DNA of 63,032 bases. Origin: a virus. Lineage: Duplodnaviria > Caudoviricetes. The position numbers and the translations under genes were made by a program. How positions within the stretch are numbered: the stretch's first letter is position 1; each line of letters opens with the position of its first letter. Under the pieces are notes generated by a model that saw only the letters and a list, made by a program, of their open reading frames with translations, was not told the origin of the DNA and ran no database searches. Location: positions 1 to 63,032 of IMG/VR virus record IMGVR_UViG_3300010373_000009, one strand, 5' to 3'. This document shows positions 37,775 to 48,130 of the stretch, one piece after another.

Positions 37775-38179
37775 ATGACAATGTTAAAGCTGATGTACGC
37801 GCATATCCGCACCTGCCACGATGGTAGCTATGATACGTATGCGCATGAGATAGAGCGCCGCTTCCCCGGCGATGGGGTCGAGCTGAATGAGGAATGCGCG
37901 GCATTCTTTAACGAGCAGGGTTACTGTCTCTACGGCGGTGGGTCAGTAATCCTCTCTTCGGTCCTCGGCGAGGGCGATGAGTTTAGGGCCGCTTTGGATG
38001 CTTGGGATTCCGAGGATATCTGCACCGAACGCACGGACTACGTTCGCAGGTGGCTTGCGCTCTTCGCCTGCGCCGAGGGGCACGCGGCGAAGCAAGCCGC
38101 CGCACGGGCCGAGGCTATCGCCGAAACCCAGAGGGTAGCGGCGGGCGCGTGCGGCCCGCAGGAGGCAATCGCCGAGTAA
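37775..38179 (+). CDS. Hypothetical early protein
   Basis: 134-aa ORF with ATGA overlap to the upstream ORF. Confidence 0.55.
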   Translation: MTMLKLMYAHIRTCHDGSYDTYAHEIERRFPGDGVELNEECAAFFNEQGYCLYGGGSVILSSVLGEGDEFRAALDAWDSEDICTERTDYVRRWLALFACAEGHAAKQAAARAEAIAETQRVAAGACGPQEAIAE

Positions 38180-38224
38180 TCCTGCTGGCGACGGGAATAA
38201 GCTAACACTAAGAATTTGGAGTTT

Positions 38225-38452
38225 ATGAAAATGCAGAATGTTACGTTTCGGGTCGAGGGCGAGAAGAAGGCGAAGAAACTGGTCATCGAGGTTGACCTCT
38301 CACAGCGCCTTGGGCCCTCCGGCAGCGGCAAAACAACAATAGTCGCGACGACGGGCGGCAATGCCGATATCGGGTACGAGGGGATCAAGTTCGGACTGAA
38401 CGTCTTCGTCAAGGCGAACGGAGCAGATACAGCCGGCAAGGGGGGAAAGTAA
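38225..38452 (+). CDS. Small conserved beta protein (DLS...GPSGSGKT..VATTGGN)
   Basis: GGAG RBS. Compact protein of about 75 aa. Confidence 0.7.
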   Translation: MKMQNVTFRVEGEKKAKKLVIEVDLSQRLGPSGSGKTTIVATTGGNADIGYEGIKFGLNVFVKANGADTAGKGGK

Positions 38453-41108
38453 CGTGGCCGGGCGCTGGGGTCCGATGCATAAGTGCGGTGTTAAGTCCTG
38501 CAATAACCAGACGGTTAATGTGATTTGCCCGCAATGCAAGCAATACGATAAACAGGTTACGAGCCGCGATCATACGTGGAGGCTGGCGATGCGATCGCGT
38601 TACCAGAGACTCGATGAGCGCCTAGAGCGCGTCGACAGCCACAAGAACGTGGTCGATTTTCGCGCGCCGAAACGTAGGAGGGCCTAACCGTGCCAACCGG
38701 GGTCTACCGACGCAAGAAGAAGGGGAAGACGCGCAGACGCCCGAGTCTCCCGACTCGTGGTAACGGGGCCATCCTCTTGCACCTGCGACGCGCGATGACG
38801 CTTATCAACAAGGACCTGCGAGACGGCGCGGAGCTGCGCGAATCGGACTGTGAGGTCCGCTTCGCTCTCGCGGTAGCGGAACGCAACGAGAGGATCGAAC
38901 GAGAACCAAGCACGGACGACAAGTAATCCACCAACCGCCAATGATCGGGCAAGGAAGCCCGGTCACGGCATAGTAGGAGTGCAGAAGTAATGAGAATCGA
39001 ACCGACAAAGTGGCAAGTTAGATTGCCAATCCGCGTCGAGGAGATCAGCGCGGCTTCCGTGCGCGAGCCGGGCAAGCTCGCTACGCATGGGCTCGCGCTT
39101 ACGACGTGCGACGATATCGCGCGGCGCCGACGCGAGTCCCCTGCCGAGGGATTGCCAACGCATATCGCGCTCTCTGGGGGCGGGTACTGGGCTTTCCTCT
39201 ACCCGACGCCGACGAAGGCGTATGACCTAACTATAACCGAGTTCGCGACGCTCCTGCCGCCGCGAAGGGCTGGAGGCTGCTAGCATGATGATACGTGGAA
39301 TAACGATAATGCTGATGATAGCACTTCTCTCGGGCTGCGCGACCTGCGAGCGGCATAAGACCGTGTGTACGGTCGGGATGATGCTGCTTATCGGATCGAT
39401 CGCGATAGCGGCAAACAGTCACGGATCGCGCAGCCATCAACCCGATCACGAAGTGTGCAACTCGCCTCTCGTTCCAAACTTTAACTCTCCGACCGCGACG
39501 AACGGTGTTATATGTCCGAATTAACTTGCCTAGGTCCGCGCAAGCCGCCATTGCGGGTTACTCCCGATATCGTCGCGGTTCGGCGCGTGATCCGTCTCTT
39601 AAACGCTCGCGAAGCGCGCGGCGAGGTCTATAAGCAATCGAAGCGCGCATTGCGGGAGCTACTCTTAAAACTACTCCGGGAGGCAAACCCGTGAATTGCA
39701 CTCCTACTACTGGGTGGAGGCTTCCGCCTCCGCCATTCGACGAGGATGACGCCGAGGACGAGGAGGAAGACGATGGCCGTTAGACTACCAAAACCGAATG
39801 ACTGGGAATCGTTAGGCCCGAGACATGCCCGCTATAAGGCCCGCGACTTCTACGGCGAGCACGCTGCCGATATGGCAGAGTTGAATTACCTTCGCGATTG
39901 GAAGCGCTGGGCAGAGCAACAGCTCGCGAGCTTAGAGGCTTTCGGCCGTAGCGTAAACGAGGCGATCAATTCCGGAGACGGGAGCTACCGACCGTGAAAA
40001 CCGATCCTAACAAAGATACGACAGGCGCACCGCTGCCCTGGGTCTTCGATGGCGACTTCGTCGTCGTAGATTGCCCACGCGGTCAATACCCCGTCGTCTG
40101 CCGCCCGCTCTGCGAGGCGGATGGTAATCTGATTGCCGCATCCGGCGAGCAGAATGCGCTATTAGACGAGATTTACACTTTCCTCTCGGGCCGGGCTGAG
40201 GCGACTGGGATTCGTCCCGCATGGTTCGAAGAGACGAAAGAGGCATTAGCAAAAGCACGAGGAGAACTGGGAAATGGTTAAGAAAAAAGATAGCACCAAG
40301 CTCTATGGCACACGTCCGCGTAGCGCTGATAAGACTGCCGAAGAGATCGGCGACGAGTTACGGGCCGATATCCGGCGCGCACTCGTGGAGATCGAAACAG
40401 AAACAGGGTATAGAGTTCACCTCCTATGTGCGTTCTTCGTCCATCCCTCTAACCCGAAACCTCCAGGAGAGGAGCCCGTCTGTGTCTTCGGGATGCATAC
40501 GACCTATAGCAGCTCTCTAAGCCTGTATCGGTTAGTAAATGGAATCGAAACGACCCTTCAGGACCGGATGGCAGCGGAGATCGCAGGCGTACTGCCGAGG
40601 GAGCCACGCTCATGTTAACTCTCGCCGAACGCACGTTAATCACAGAGCGCCTGATCGAGCAGTGGAAGGAGCTGGTCGAGGACTTCGAAGTTCAACTTAG
40701 CCTACGAGTCGATACATTACTCGTCCTCTCGGTCTCCGATCGGAGCGCCACCCGTGATCCCGGGACCTGCGGATGCGCCGTAACGGAAGGCATCCCTCCC
40801 GAGGCCCGCTATACGCTGCTGCGGAGCCTTATAGCGGCCTCGGACGGTACCGGCCCCGTAGCAGCGGGACGCGCCGGAAACGGCTCTAGCGGCTCCGTAT
40901 GCAGCGGGAAAGGGGGGTAAACCCGTGCTAGAGGTCCTATTTATCGTCGCTCTAGGGGTCGCTGCCGGCCTCGGCCTCGCGGCCTACCCCCGCCTAGCGG
41001 CCTTACTCGCCCTGGCCGGCTGCGGGGCTGCTATTGCGGCAGGCGTCGCGTATCTCGCCCCCCGCACGGCGCTAGACCTCGGCGCCTGCTTCGTCGGATT
41101 CGTGCTCG

Positions 41109-43358
41109 TTACCGTTCGGCTCCGCCCGCGCTAGGGGCGGAGTCGGCGGACCCTTTAGGCCAGTAGCACTCGCGCCCATCTACCTCGCCGACTGCGATTA
41201 GGTCGGCTTCGACCAAAGCCCCAATCGTCTCGTCTAACTCGCGGCCCCGCATGTGACGGGCGAGCCGATAGAGCATTGGCTTCGGCATAATCCCCCGACT
41301 CGTGCTGTGCTTCTCGTGCTCCGATCGCGCCCGATGGAAATAGTCGCGCGCTCTGCGGATAACCATCTCTACATACTTCGATGCGCGTTCGTTTATAGTG
41401 CGGGCGCCGGTCTGCTCGACGCGGCCTCCCCACGATTGGGTAGAGTACGTTAGAAACTCCACTGCCCAATCGGCGATCTCTTTTGTAATGATCGGTCGCT
41501 TCGCCGAAAGCCCGACCGAGACGATGCCGGAACAGATAATAGCGTTTTGGGCAGTGCGTCCCCAAATCTCCGCGTTACCCCCTCGGGCTGCTTCGGTCCG
41601 ACAAACGTCAACGAAGTCGGCGAGCCGCCGGTAAACCGCTGTGTTCTCGAATCGGATCGGGATAAATGGCTTAGTCGTGCTCGCAGGGCGAGCAATCGAG
41701 GCAAACTCCTTAAGCCGCTTCTCTAGAACCGATGGAAAAGTATCATCCCGGTTTTCATTTACCTCCGGGACTTTATCCCCCGCATCGAGGAGGATAAATC
41801 TGTTAACGAGACCTAACTGGAGGTCGGCGTCGGAGAGCACTTCGAGAAGTTGCGAAGGTTGTGCGGCTGCGAAGATCAAGAAGAAGGGATGTTTTAAGGT
41901 AGAGATTGTTTGCTTGCGACCCGGTGTCCCGGCAACGATCTTCGCCCCCTTGCCATAGAGCTGCAAGAAATACGTGATCATCTGGTAGTCCATCCCCCCT
42001 TGGGAGCGCGAAGCGGAACGGAGCTTGCGGGCGCATTCGTCCCACAGCAGAAGTCCGAGACTCGGCTCGTCGGCGAGGCGATCGAGCATCGCGTGATAGC
42101 TTTGAAATCCTTGGAATACGTGTTGTCCGAGGCCCGCTCGATAGGCGATCTCGAAGAGCGAGTCTTGGGAAGACCCCTTCCCCGCTGCGGTCGGCGCCGA
42201 GAGCAGGAAGTAAGGTTGTAGCGGTGTATCCCAGGCGTCGACAAGGTAGAGATTCCGCGAGCAGAAGGCGACCGCGGCTAATCCTGTAGCGAGATCGAAG
42301 AGCGGCTGACGGAGAAATGATTGTCGAGCCTGCCACTTCGCAATATCGCCGACGAGCCCCGGCACGCTAAGGAGACGCGGCGGAATCGGTTTCCGTAACA
42401 GTGTAGTCTCTTCGATAGAATCGGGCGCCCCGGTAATCGCTACTTCGAGCTTTAGCCAATCCCGGAGCTTTTTTACTACCTCGCCCGGGAGCCACTGCGA
42501 GAGGGAGGGCCAGCCGGGGACGTGAGATTTAGCCTTGTAATTCTTAATCACATTCCGCACCGTTCTCTGGTGCTTTGCTAGTGCCTCCCCGCTGCTGCGC
42601 GTAGCGACGAGCACACCGGAGAGAAGCTTCTCGATTGCATCTGGCTGCCAATTAGACCAGAGCAGCGAGCCGCTAACGGCGACGATATAGTCATGCCGCG
42701 AGCCCTCCTCTGGCCAAAACCGAGCAAAGACCGCCGCTGCCGCAACCATTCGACAAAGCAGAAGGAGCTTCGCCCGGTTAATCGGGGCGAAATCAATGTC
42801 GTGGTAGATCTTGTAACGTTCGCCACTTGGATGGATCGATGGCGGCAATACCGACTGACTACCCGTGCTCCGGATCTCGACTAGCATCCCGATCTCCGGG
42901 ATTTGAAATTTACGGGTCTCCGCACCCTCCGACCGGAAGAGATAATGCGAGCCGGGTGCGGAATTGCGACCGTAGATAAATGTTTCTGGGAATATCTTCG
43001 CTGCGGCGCGACAAGACTCTTCGGTATCGAGATCGATATCAACTACCCAATCAGACGGCAGTCCCCAAAGTCCCCCAACATTATAACCACGGTGAAAAAA
43101 GCGGTCAATTGTATCTTCCTTGACTCGCATCGTATTCCATTTCTTGCCGCCGGTCGGCTTCTTCGATCGAGCCCGCAGCGGCACCGGCATTATGCCGCGC
43201 TTTAACCAATTCCGAGCAGCACCAGCGGAATCAAGTTGCGGTTTGGGGCCCTTTTCGCTAAGCTCCTCCCTCGTTATTGATTCCCCTTCAGCAACACTTC
43301 GCACTTTACGGCGCGGCGAGCTTCGAACTCCCGCGCCGTTTTCTTTGGCGGTCCGCAT
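41109..43358 (-). CDS. Bifunctional primase-polymerase (Prim-Pol) fused to a helicase-like (DUF3987-type) domain
   Basis: PVPL...SKKP, VVDIDLD, GSHYLF and QSVLPPSIHPSG (Prim-Pol). APTAAGKG Walker A and LLWDE Walker B. GGAGG RBS. Confidence 0.85.
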   Translation of the reverse strand: MRTAKENGAGVRSSPRRKVRSVAEGESITREELSEKGPKPQLDSAGAARNWLKRGIMPVPLRARSKKPTGGKKWNTMRVKEDTIDRFFHRGYNVGGLWGLPSDWVVDIDLDTEESCRAAAKIFPETFIYGRNSAPGSHYLFRSEGAETRKFQIPEIGMLVEIRSTGSQSVLPPSIHPSGERYKIYHDIDFAPINRAKLLLLCRMVAAAAVFARFWPEEGSRHDYIVAVSGSLLWSNWQPDAIEKLLSGVLVATRSSGEALAKHQRTVRNVIKNYKAKSHVPGWPSLSQWLPGEVVKKLRDWLKLEVAITGAPDSIEETTLLRKPIPPRLLSVPGLVGDIAKWQARQSFLRQPLFDLATGLAAVAFCSRNLYLVDAWDTPLQPYFLLSAPTAAGKGSSQDSLFEIAYRAGLGQHVFQGFQSYHAMLDRLADEPSLGLLLWDECARKLRSASRSQGGMDYQMITYFLQLYGKGAKIVAGTPGRKQTISTLKHPFFLIFAAAQPSQLLEVLSDADLQLGLVNRFILLDAGDKVPEVNENRDDTFPSVLEKRLKEFASIARPASTTKPFIPIRFENTAVYRRLADFVDVCRTEAARGGNAEIWGRTAQNAIICSGIVSVGLSAKRPIITKEIADWAVEFLTYSTQSWGGRVEQTGARTINERASKYVEMVIRRARDYFHRARSEHEKHSTSRGIMPKPMLYRLARHMRGRELDETIGALVEADLIAVGEVDGRECYWPKGSADSAPSAGGAER

Positions 43359-43495
43359 CCGAATTAACCTCCAATATCAATTGTCACTTTCAGCTTTACT
43401 TCGTCGCCAAGCGGCGTAAGATCGACGCTTGTCCGCCAACGGCTTCGCGGTAGGCGGATCGGGGAATCTAGTCGGTAATCTTTCGGGGAGCAAGC

Positions 43496-44044
43496 ATGAC
43501 GATCGTTGTGGTAGAGGGCGTAGATGGCGCCGGGAAAACTACGCTCATCAATAACCTGCGTGACGTATCCCGAGAGTATTTCTGGGTACTGCGCGCTTCC
43601 GGTCCTGCTAATAGTTCGGATCAACTCCAGCGTGCGGTAGACGAGCTATCGACCCTTATCGATGGTTCCCCTACTAACTGGGTATTCGATCGACACCCTC
43701 TGGTCTCCGAACCGATCTACGGGCATATCCTGCGCGGTAAGAGTCACCTTGAGGGGATGAGTGCCTGGGGGTATAAAGCAAGGATTCAGGAGTTTAGCAA
43801 GATCATTTATTGCCGCCCTCCGTTCGATATCGTCCAGGAGGAGTCGAAGCACGAACGGCAGTTAGAGGGCGTTCACGATAAGTTGCGGGGGCTATACGAC
43901 GCCTACGACGAAGCGATGGATTTTCTCCGAGTTCATCTACGAGTTCCCGTCATTACCTATGATTGGACGGCAGGCAAACTAACTCAAGCCTATAAGGGGA
44001 CGACCTGCGATATAAACCAGCTCTTCTGGGAGAGGGTAGTCTGA
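43496..44044 (+). CDS. dNMP kinase (thymidylate-kinase-like P-loop)
   Basis: IVVVEGVDGAGKTT and FDRH..SE.IYG. Confidence 0.82.
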   Translation: MTIVVVEGVDGAGKTTLINNLRDVSREYFWVLRASGPANSSDQLQRAVDELSTLIDGSPTNWVFDRHPLVSEPIYGHILRGKSHLEGMSAWGYKARIQEFSKIIYCRPPFDIVQEESKHERQLEGVHDKLRGLYDAYDEAMDFLRVHLRVPVITYDWTAGKLTQAYKGTTCDINQLFWERVV

Positions 44045-44652
44045 TGGATAAGCTCGTAGAGATATTCGATCGCCAGCGGAAGTACCTTGAGTCTCTTCGG
44101 ACTATCTATTATCTGAATGGATACGAACTTCACGCTCACGCTCCACCGTGGGACTTGCAGGGTCGCGATGAGCAGGAGGAGTTCCGCCTGTTAGCCTGGC
44201 GGTTTACCGAAGAGTTGATCGAAGCCGCGGCCGAGGCCGATCCACAGAAGTACATCACCGAGCTAGCCGACGCGCTGCATTTCCTGATAGAGATTGCGCT
44301 CTATGCGGGGATCACGGTTAAGGATGTCTACGACGGGGGTGAAGGCTGGTCGTGGGAAGAGTTATTCGCCGAGGCGCAGCGCGCCCAATTCCACGGAGCA
44401 CGCAAGGGGTACGGCGATCTCTGCAACCTATCGATCGAACATCTCGGCAACGCAATGTGCCTGCTAAAGCAACGGCCTTGGCGAACGGACGACCGGCGCA
44501 CCGATCCGGAAGCCTTCCGCACCAGATATCGTGTTGCGTTCCTCGCTTTCATTACCGATTGCGTCGCACGAGGGGTTGGCGCTCAAGCCCTCTATGACGC
44601 CTTCTTCGCGAAGGCTAAGGTCAACGATCAGAGAACACGAGAACAGAAATGA
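44044..44652 (+). CDS. All-alpha NTP pyrophosphatase (dimeric dUTPase/dCTPase, MazG superfamily)
   Basis: EELIEA...ELADALHF, KQRPW and C-terminal K..VN..R. Confidence 0.78.
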   Translation: MDKLVEIFDRQRKYLESLRTIYYLNGYELHAHAPPWDLQGRDEQEEFRLLAWRFTEELIEAAAEADPQKYITELADALHFLIEIALYAGITVKDVYDGGEGWSWEELFAEAQRAQFHGARKGYGDLCNLSIEHLGNAMCLLKQRPWRTDDRRTDPEAFRTRYRVAFLAFITDCVARGVGAQALYDAFFAKAKVNDQRTREQK

Positions 44653-44770
44653 GTCGATCCGAAGCGATTGTTACGGTTGGGGTCTGCATCGCTGTCGGGG
44701 CTGCTTGCCTCGCCACGCATAGCGCCGATCCACTCTGGGTTCTGCTCCTTCTAGCCTTCTGGGGAATCTA

Positions 44771-45601
44771 ATGGAAATCGCAGCGGGCAGGAAAGTCTGG
44801 CCAGCTCCTCTTTACTACGCGATCGCTGAAGGAGAGATCGCAGGTTGGCAGGCTATCGGTAAGGTAGTTCAGGATATAACTCTAACAGCGAATATCCTTC
44901 CGAGATGGACCTTCGAGGATTGGGGCTACGGAAGGAACAAGATAACTCAGCTGATGAGGAACTACGTCAATGAAGAAGAGTTTGAGCGCGTCCGTTCTGT
45001 GCTTAAGCGGCGGAGCGAGAAGAAGTACACCTCGGTGGCGCTCTCTCTGCGCGGCAAGCCGAAAGACTCACGATCGCAAGGGTGGTGCATGCTCTCGCTC
45101 GTCGTCTCCCGCAACGGGCCTGACCAGAGCATCGAAGTGCAGTACCGCACCACCGAAGCCATACTCAAGTTTGCGGCCGATGTCATCTTCCTGCGGACGT
45201 ACCTACTACCGCAACTGAATCTAAGTCCCAATACCTTCCGCTTCCGGTTTGCAAACTGTGCGCTCTCGGGAGCCTATTTTCCATACCTCGTCGACAAGCT
45301 CGATCTGATTTTCTTTCTCAAGCAGATTCGCATGCATGACGAGGCATTCTTTCTGCGGACGACACGCTTTCTGCTAAAAGCCTCGTACCGCAAGGATCAA
45401 TATCATCCGTTCTCGCCGGAACGGGTATCGCACAAGTTCCTTTGGCAGCGGGCGACGACAGCTCAGATTAAGGCCATACGCGCCTATCTCGAACCGCTGC
45501 ACGCGGCTACCGGTCGCCCGCTCCCAAAGGACTTCCACGACGAGTCGTATATACCGAAGGGCCAGCGCGCCCGCCAAATCGAGGAGCAAGACGATGACTG
45601 A
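44771..45601 (+). CDS. Divergent thymidylate-synthase-fold protein (TS-like 1)
   Basis: GWCMLSL...IEVQYRTTEAILKFAAD aligns with the TS motif PC...YxRSxD..G..FN. Cys retained, Asp at the Asn177-equivalent position. Confidence 0.6.
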   Translation: MEIAAGRKVWPAPLYYAIAEGEIAGWQAIGKVVQDITLTANILPRWTFEDWGYGRNKITQLMRNYVNEEEFERVRSVLKRRSEKKYTSVALSLRGKPKDSRSQGWCMLSLVVSRNGPDQSIEVQYRTTEAILKFAADVIFLRTYLLPQLNLSPNTFRFRFANCALSGAYFPYLVDKLDLIFFLKQIRMHDEAFFLRTTRFLLKASYRKDQYHPFSPERVSHKFLWQRATTAQIKAIRAYLEPLHAATGRPLPKDFHDESYIPKGQRARQIEEQDDD

Positions 45602-45908
45602 TAGAGAACAAGGCGATACCGCCGAGGCGTCTCCCACGAGAAATATGAGCTTCTCCGAGGCTCTATTCTTGATCAAACGAGGAAAACGCCTACAACGTGC
45701 AGGCTGGAACGGTAAAGGGATGTTCGTCTTTCTCGTACCGGGCAGCGTCTTTAAGGTCAGTAGGCCGCCACTTCTCGGTATCTATCCGGGGGGGACGGAG
45801 ATTCGATACCACGGTCACGTCGATATGAGGACCGCCGACGGCATGGTAGTTCCCTGGCTCTGTTCACAGACGGACCTTCTCGCCGAGGACTGGCAGGTCG
45901 TGGAGTAA
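45594..45908 (+). CDS. DUF2829 / Tad2-family protein (putative cyclic-nucleotide sponge)
   Basis: MSFSEAL..IK.GK...RAGWNGKGMFV...VPW..SQTDLLAEDW is the DUF2829 signature. Confidence 0.85.
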   Translation: MTDREQGDTAEASPTRNMSFSEALFLIKRGKRLQRAGWNGKGMFVFLVPGSVFKVSRPPLLGIYPGGTEIRYHGHVDMRTADGMVVPWLCSQTDLLAEDWQVVE

Positions 45909-45913
45909 CAGCA

Positions 45914-46252
45914 ATGGGAACCGAGAAACGAGGTTTCGCTTCGATGGACCCGGAGCGACAGAGAGAGATCGCAAGGATGGGAGGCAAGGCAGTCAGGGAC
46001 GAGAAGAGATCGTTCAGTCAGAACCGTCAGCTCGCGGCCGAGGCCGGGCGCAAAGGCGGGAAGTCGGTACCCGGGGCTAAACGATCGTTTAGTCAAGACC
46101 GGGAGCTTGCCTCTACGGCGGGACGTAAGGGCGGTCAGAGTGTTCCGGACGAGAAGCGCAGCTTCTCACAGGACCCGGAGTTAGCGGCCAGGGCGGGTGC
46201 GATAGGGGGGACAAATTCTCAACGCAATCAGCGAGAGGCAAAGCAGTCATGA
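45914..46252 (+). CDS. KGG-repeat stress-induced protein (YciG/GsiB/Con-10-like)
   Basis: RGFASMDPERQREIARMGG plus three 25-aa RSFSQxxxLAxxAGxxGG repeats. Confidence 0.9.
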   Translation: MGTEKRGFASMDPERQREIARMGGKAVRDEKRSFSQNRQLAAEAGRKGGKSVPGAKRSFSQDRELASTAGRKGGQSVPDEKRSFSQDPELAARAGAIGGTNSQRNQREAKQS

Positions 46253-46626
46253 AGCTCTGTTTAATTGGTAGCAGTCGATTTAAGGACCAGTACGACGAGC
46301 TGAACAGAAGGCTGACCCTTGCGGGTCACGTCGTCTACTCGATCGCGCAAGTCTCGACGAGTGCCGGCACGGAGCTGGACCCCGATGATAAGATGGTCCT
46401 CGATCTCGTCCATCTTCGGAAGATTCAGGAATCAGAGGGAGTAGTCCTGGTTACTGACGAGAGTCGGTACATCGGCTTCTCTACTCGCCGCGAGATGATC
46501 TGGGCTCGGATGCTCTCCAAGCCCATCTATGGGCCGGTTGCCGAGGTCGAGGAGAACTATGGGGATATCGGAATCCCCTGGTACGATCTGGGGCCCATCA
46601 TGGACTCGCATTTCATTCGAGGCTAG
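46249..46626 (+). CDS. Nucleoside deoxyribosyltransferase-fold protein (putative nucleotide N-glycosidase)
   Basis: LIGSSRF...GH.V...HLRKI..SEGV.....YIGFST.REM..A....KPI Rossmannoid pattern with conserved Glu. Confidence 0.6.
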   Translation: MKLCLIGSSRFKDQYDELNRRLTLAGHVVYSIAQVSTSAGTELDPDDKMVLDLVHLRKIQESEGVVLVTDESRYIGFSTRREMIWARMLSKPIYGPVAEVEENYGDIGIPWYDLGPIMDSHFIRG

Positions 46627-46628
46627 TC

Positions 46629-47495
46629 ATGCAGACGTTCGCGACATTCGATGCGGCAAGAGCACTCTTCGAAAACAAGTTCTACAGCAGGAGCTACGAG
46701 GTCAAGGCCCCGCACTGGCAAGGAGTAGACGTTTCGAGGAAGCCGGATATGGCCATGCGGGAACTCTTCGCAGAGTCTTTCCAGGTCCCGCTGCGAGGGA
46801 TTGAAGACTTAGAGCACTGGAAGGCAGATATCAAGCCTAACTTGCCATTCGCGGACGTTACCTTCGCGGAGCGAATCGGCGGAGAACCCCTAAACCCGGG
46901 CGAGAGCTGGAAAGTCTGGCCTTGGGGTCACTCCGCCGACAAGTTCCGAAACGCAAATGGTCAGTTCGATCATACCTACCAGGAGCGCTTCTGGCCGAAG
47001 TTTGCCGGAGTACATTATTCCCCGGAGGGGCGGACGGCACTAACGGACCGGAACGACCCGAATACCGGAATCAGATTCGAGTATGGTGATCTCGATAATC
47101 TTATCGACCATCTACTGAAGGACCCTCTCTCTCGTCAAGCCTATCTGCCGATCTGGTTTCCGGAGGACCTTCACCCGGAAGCGAAGCGCAAACCTTGCAC
47201 CCTCGGCTATCATTTTCTGATGCGGCATGGGTATCTGCATCTTACGTATCATATCCGATCCTGTGACTTCGTTCGGCATTGGGCGGACGATTGTTACCTC
47301 GCTGTGCGGCTGCTGCTGCACGTCCTCGATGAGCTTCGAGGTCGCGATAAGTACGGAGACTGGAGACCGGTAAAGCCGGGCATGTACGTCATGCATATCG
47401 CGAGCTTCCATATGTTCGTAAACGACTGGATCGCGTTGAAGGTAAAGCATGATCATAAAGTTAAGAGGCTTCAAGCAAGTACACAGCAATCCTAG
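46629..47495 (+). CDS. Thymidylate synthase / dCMP hydroxymethylase-family enzyme (TS-like 2)
   Basis: TYQER, SRQAYLPIW..ED, KPCTLGYHF, IRSCDFVRHWADD and IASFH. Asp replaces the dUMP-specifying Asn. Confidence 0.88.
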   Translation: MQTFATFDAARALFENKFYSRSYEVKAPHWQGVDVSRKPDMAMRELFAESFQVPLRGIEDLEHWKADIKPNLPFADVTFAERIGGEPLNPGESWKVWPWGHSADKFRNANGQFDHTYQERFWPKFAGVHYSPEGRTALTDRNDPNTGIRFEYGDLDNLIDHLLKDPLSRQAYLPIWFPEDLHPEAKRKPCTLGYHFLMRHGYLHLTYHIRSCDFVRHWADDCYLAVRLLLHVLDELRGRDKYGDWRPVKPGMYVMHIASFHMFVNDWIALKVKHDHKVKRLQASTQQS

Positions 47496-47512
47496 GCTCG
47501 GCTCTACTACCT

Positions 47513-48130
47513 ATGAGAAATACCGTAATGGCCAGCTTGAAGTTCGGGTCTCGACACACAAAGGCTCCCGCGAAAGCCACGTCTGCTTCCTCTTTGGAAT
47601 CAGGGAAGACATTTCTGTTGAATTGCTCGGGAACGATTCCTCAATTCTTCTCGACGTATGTCCCGAGGTACGAAAGCATCAATTACGGTCCCCTCGTCGT
47701 AAAGTTAAGTTGGTCCGATCGGTACGCGCCGGCGATCCGAGCAATCAGCCCGAAGCGATCCGCAAACCGCCAAGACGCCTATCTCGACGCCGATGAGTTA
47801 GGGCGAGTCTATATGAAGCTCGCGGAGAAGAGGGAAGCCTCGATCCGGTTCGGCGTCGAGAAGAAGGGCCACGGCTATACAGGCAAGCGCGGTGACTTCT
47901 GTCTCGTCGGCGGCGTAGTGCGGCGCAAAGAGCTGACTGTTTTTTACCGGTCTCTCGAATTGATCGGAGGTTTTGGTTACGATTTGACTCTGTTCGACTA
48001 CCTTGCTGATTACTTCGAGACTCGTTGGGAGCACGTTCACATCCTAGCAACCAAGGCATTCGTCTTCGCTCTGAAAGGCAACTCGAATGAGAAACTCTAC
48101 CCCCGACTCCGAGAAATTTTCCATGTCTGA
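47513..48130 (+). CDS. Divergent thymidylate-synthase-fold protein (TS-like 3); true start may be TTG at 47618
   Basis: DFCLVGG...LTVFYRSLELIGGFGYD. Upstream YLDADELGRV matches YVNEEEFERV of TS-like 1. Confidence 0.62.
   Translation: MRNTVMASLKFGSRHTKAPAKATSASSLESGKTFLLNCSGTIPQFFSTYVPRYESINYGPLVVKLSWSDRYAPAIRAISPKRSANRQDAYLDADELGRVYMKLAEKREASIRFGVEKKGHGYTGKRGDFCLVGGVVRRKELTVFYRSLELIGGFGYDLTLFDYLADYFETRWEHVHILATKAFVFALKGNSNEKLYPRLREIFHV

Noticed and set aside
38225-38452. GPSGSGKT as an NTPase Walker A
   Set aside because: The protein is only about 75 aa with no Walker B or room for a P-loop fold.
43364-43624. 86-aa minus-strand ORF upstream of the primase
   Set aside because: About half overlaps the kinase antisense, and it has no clear RBS or motif.
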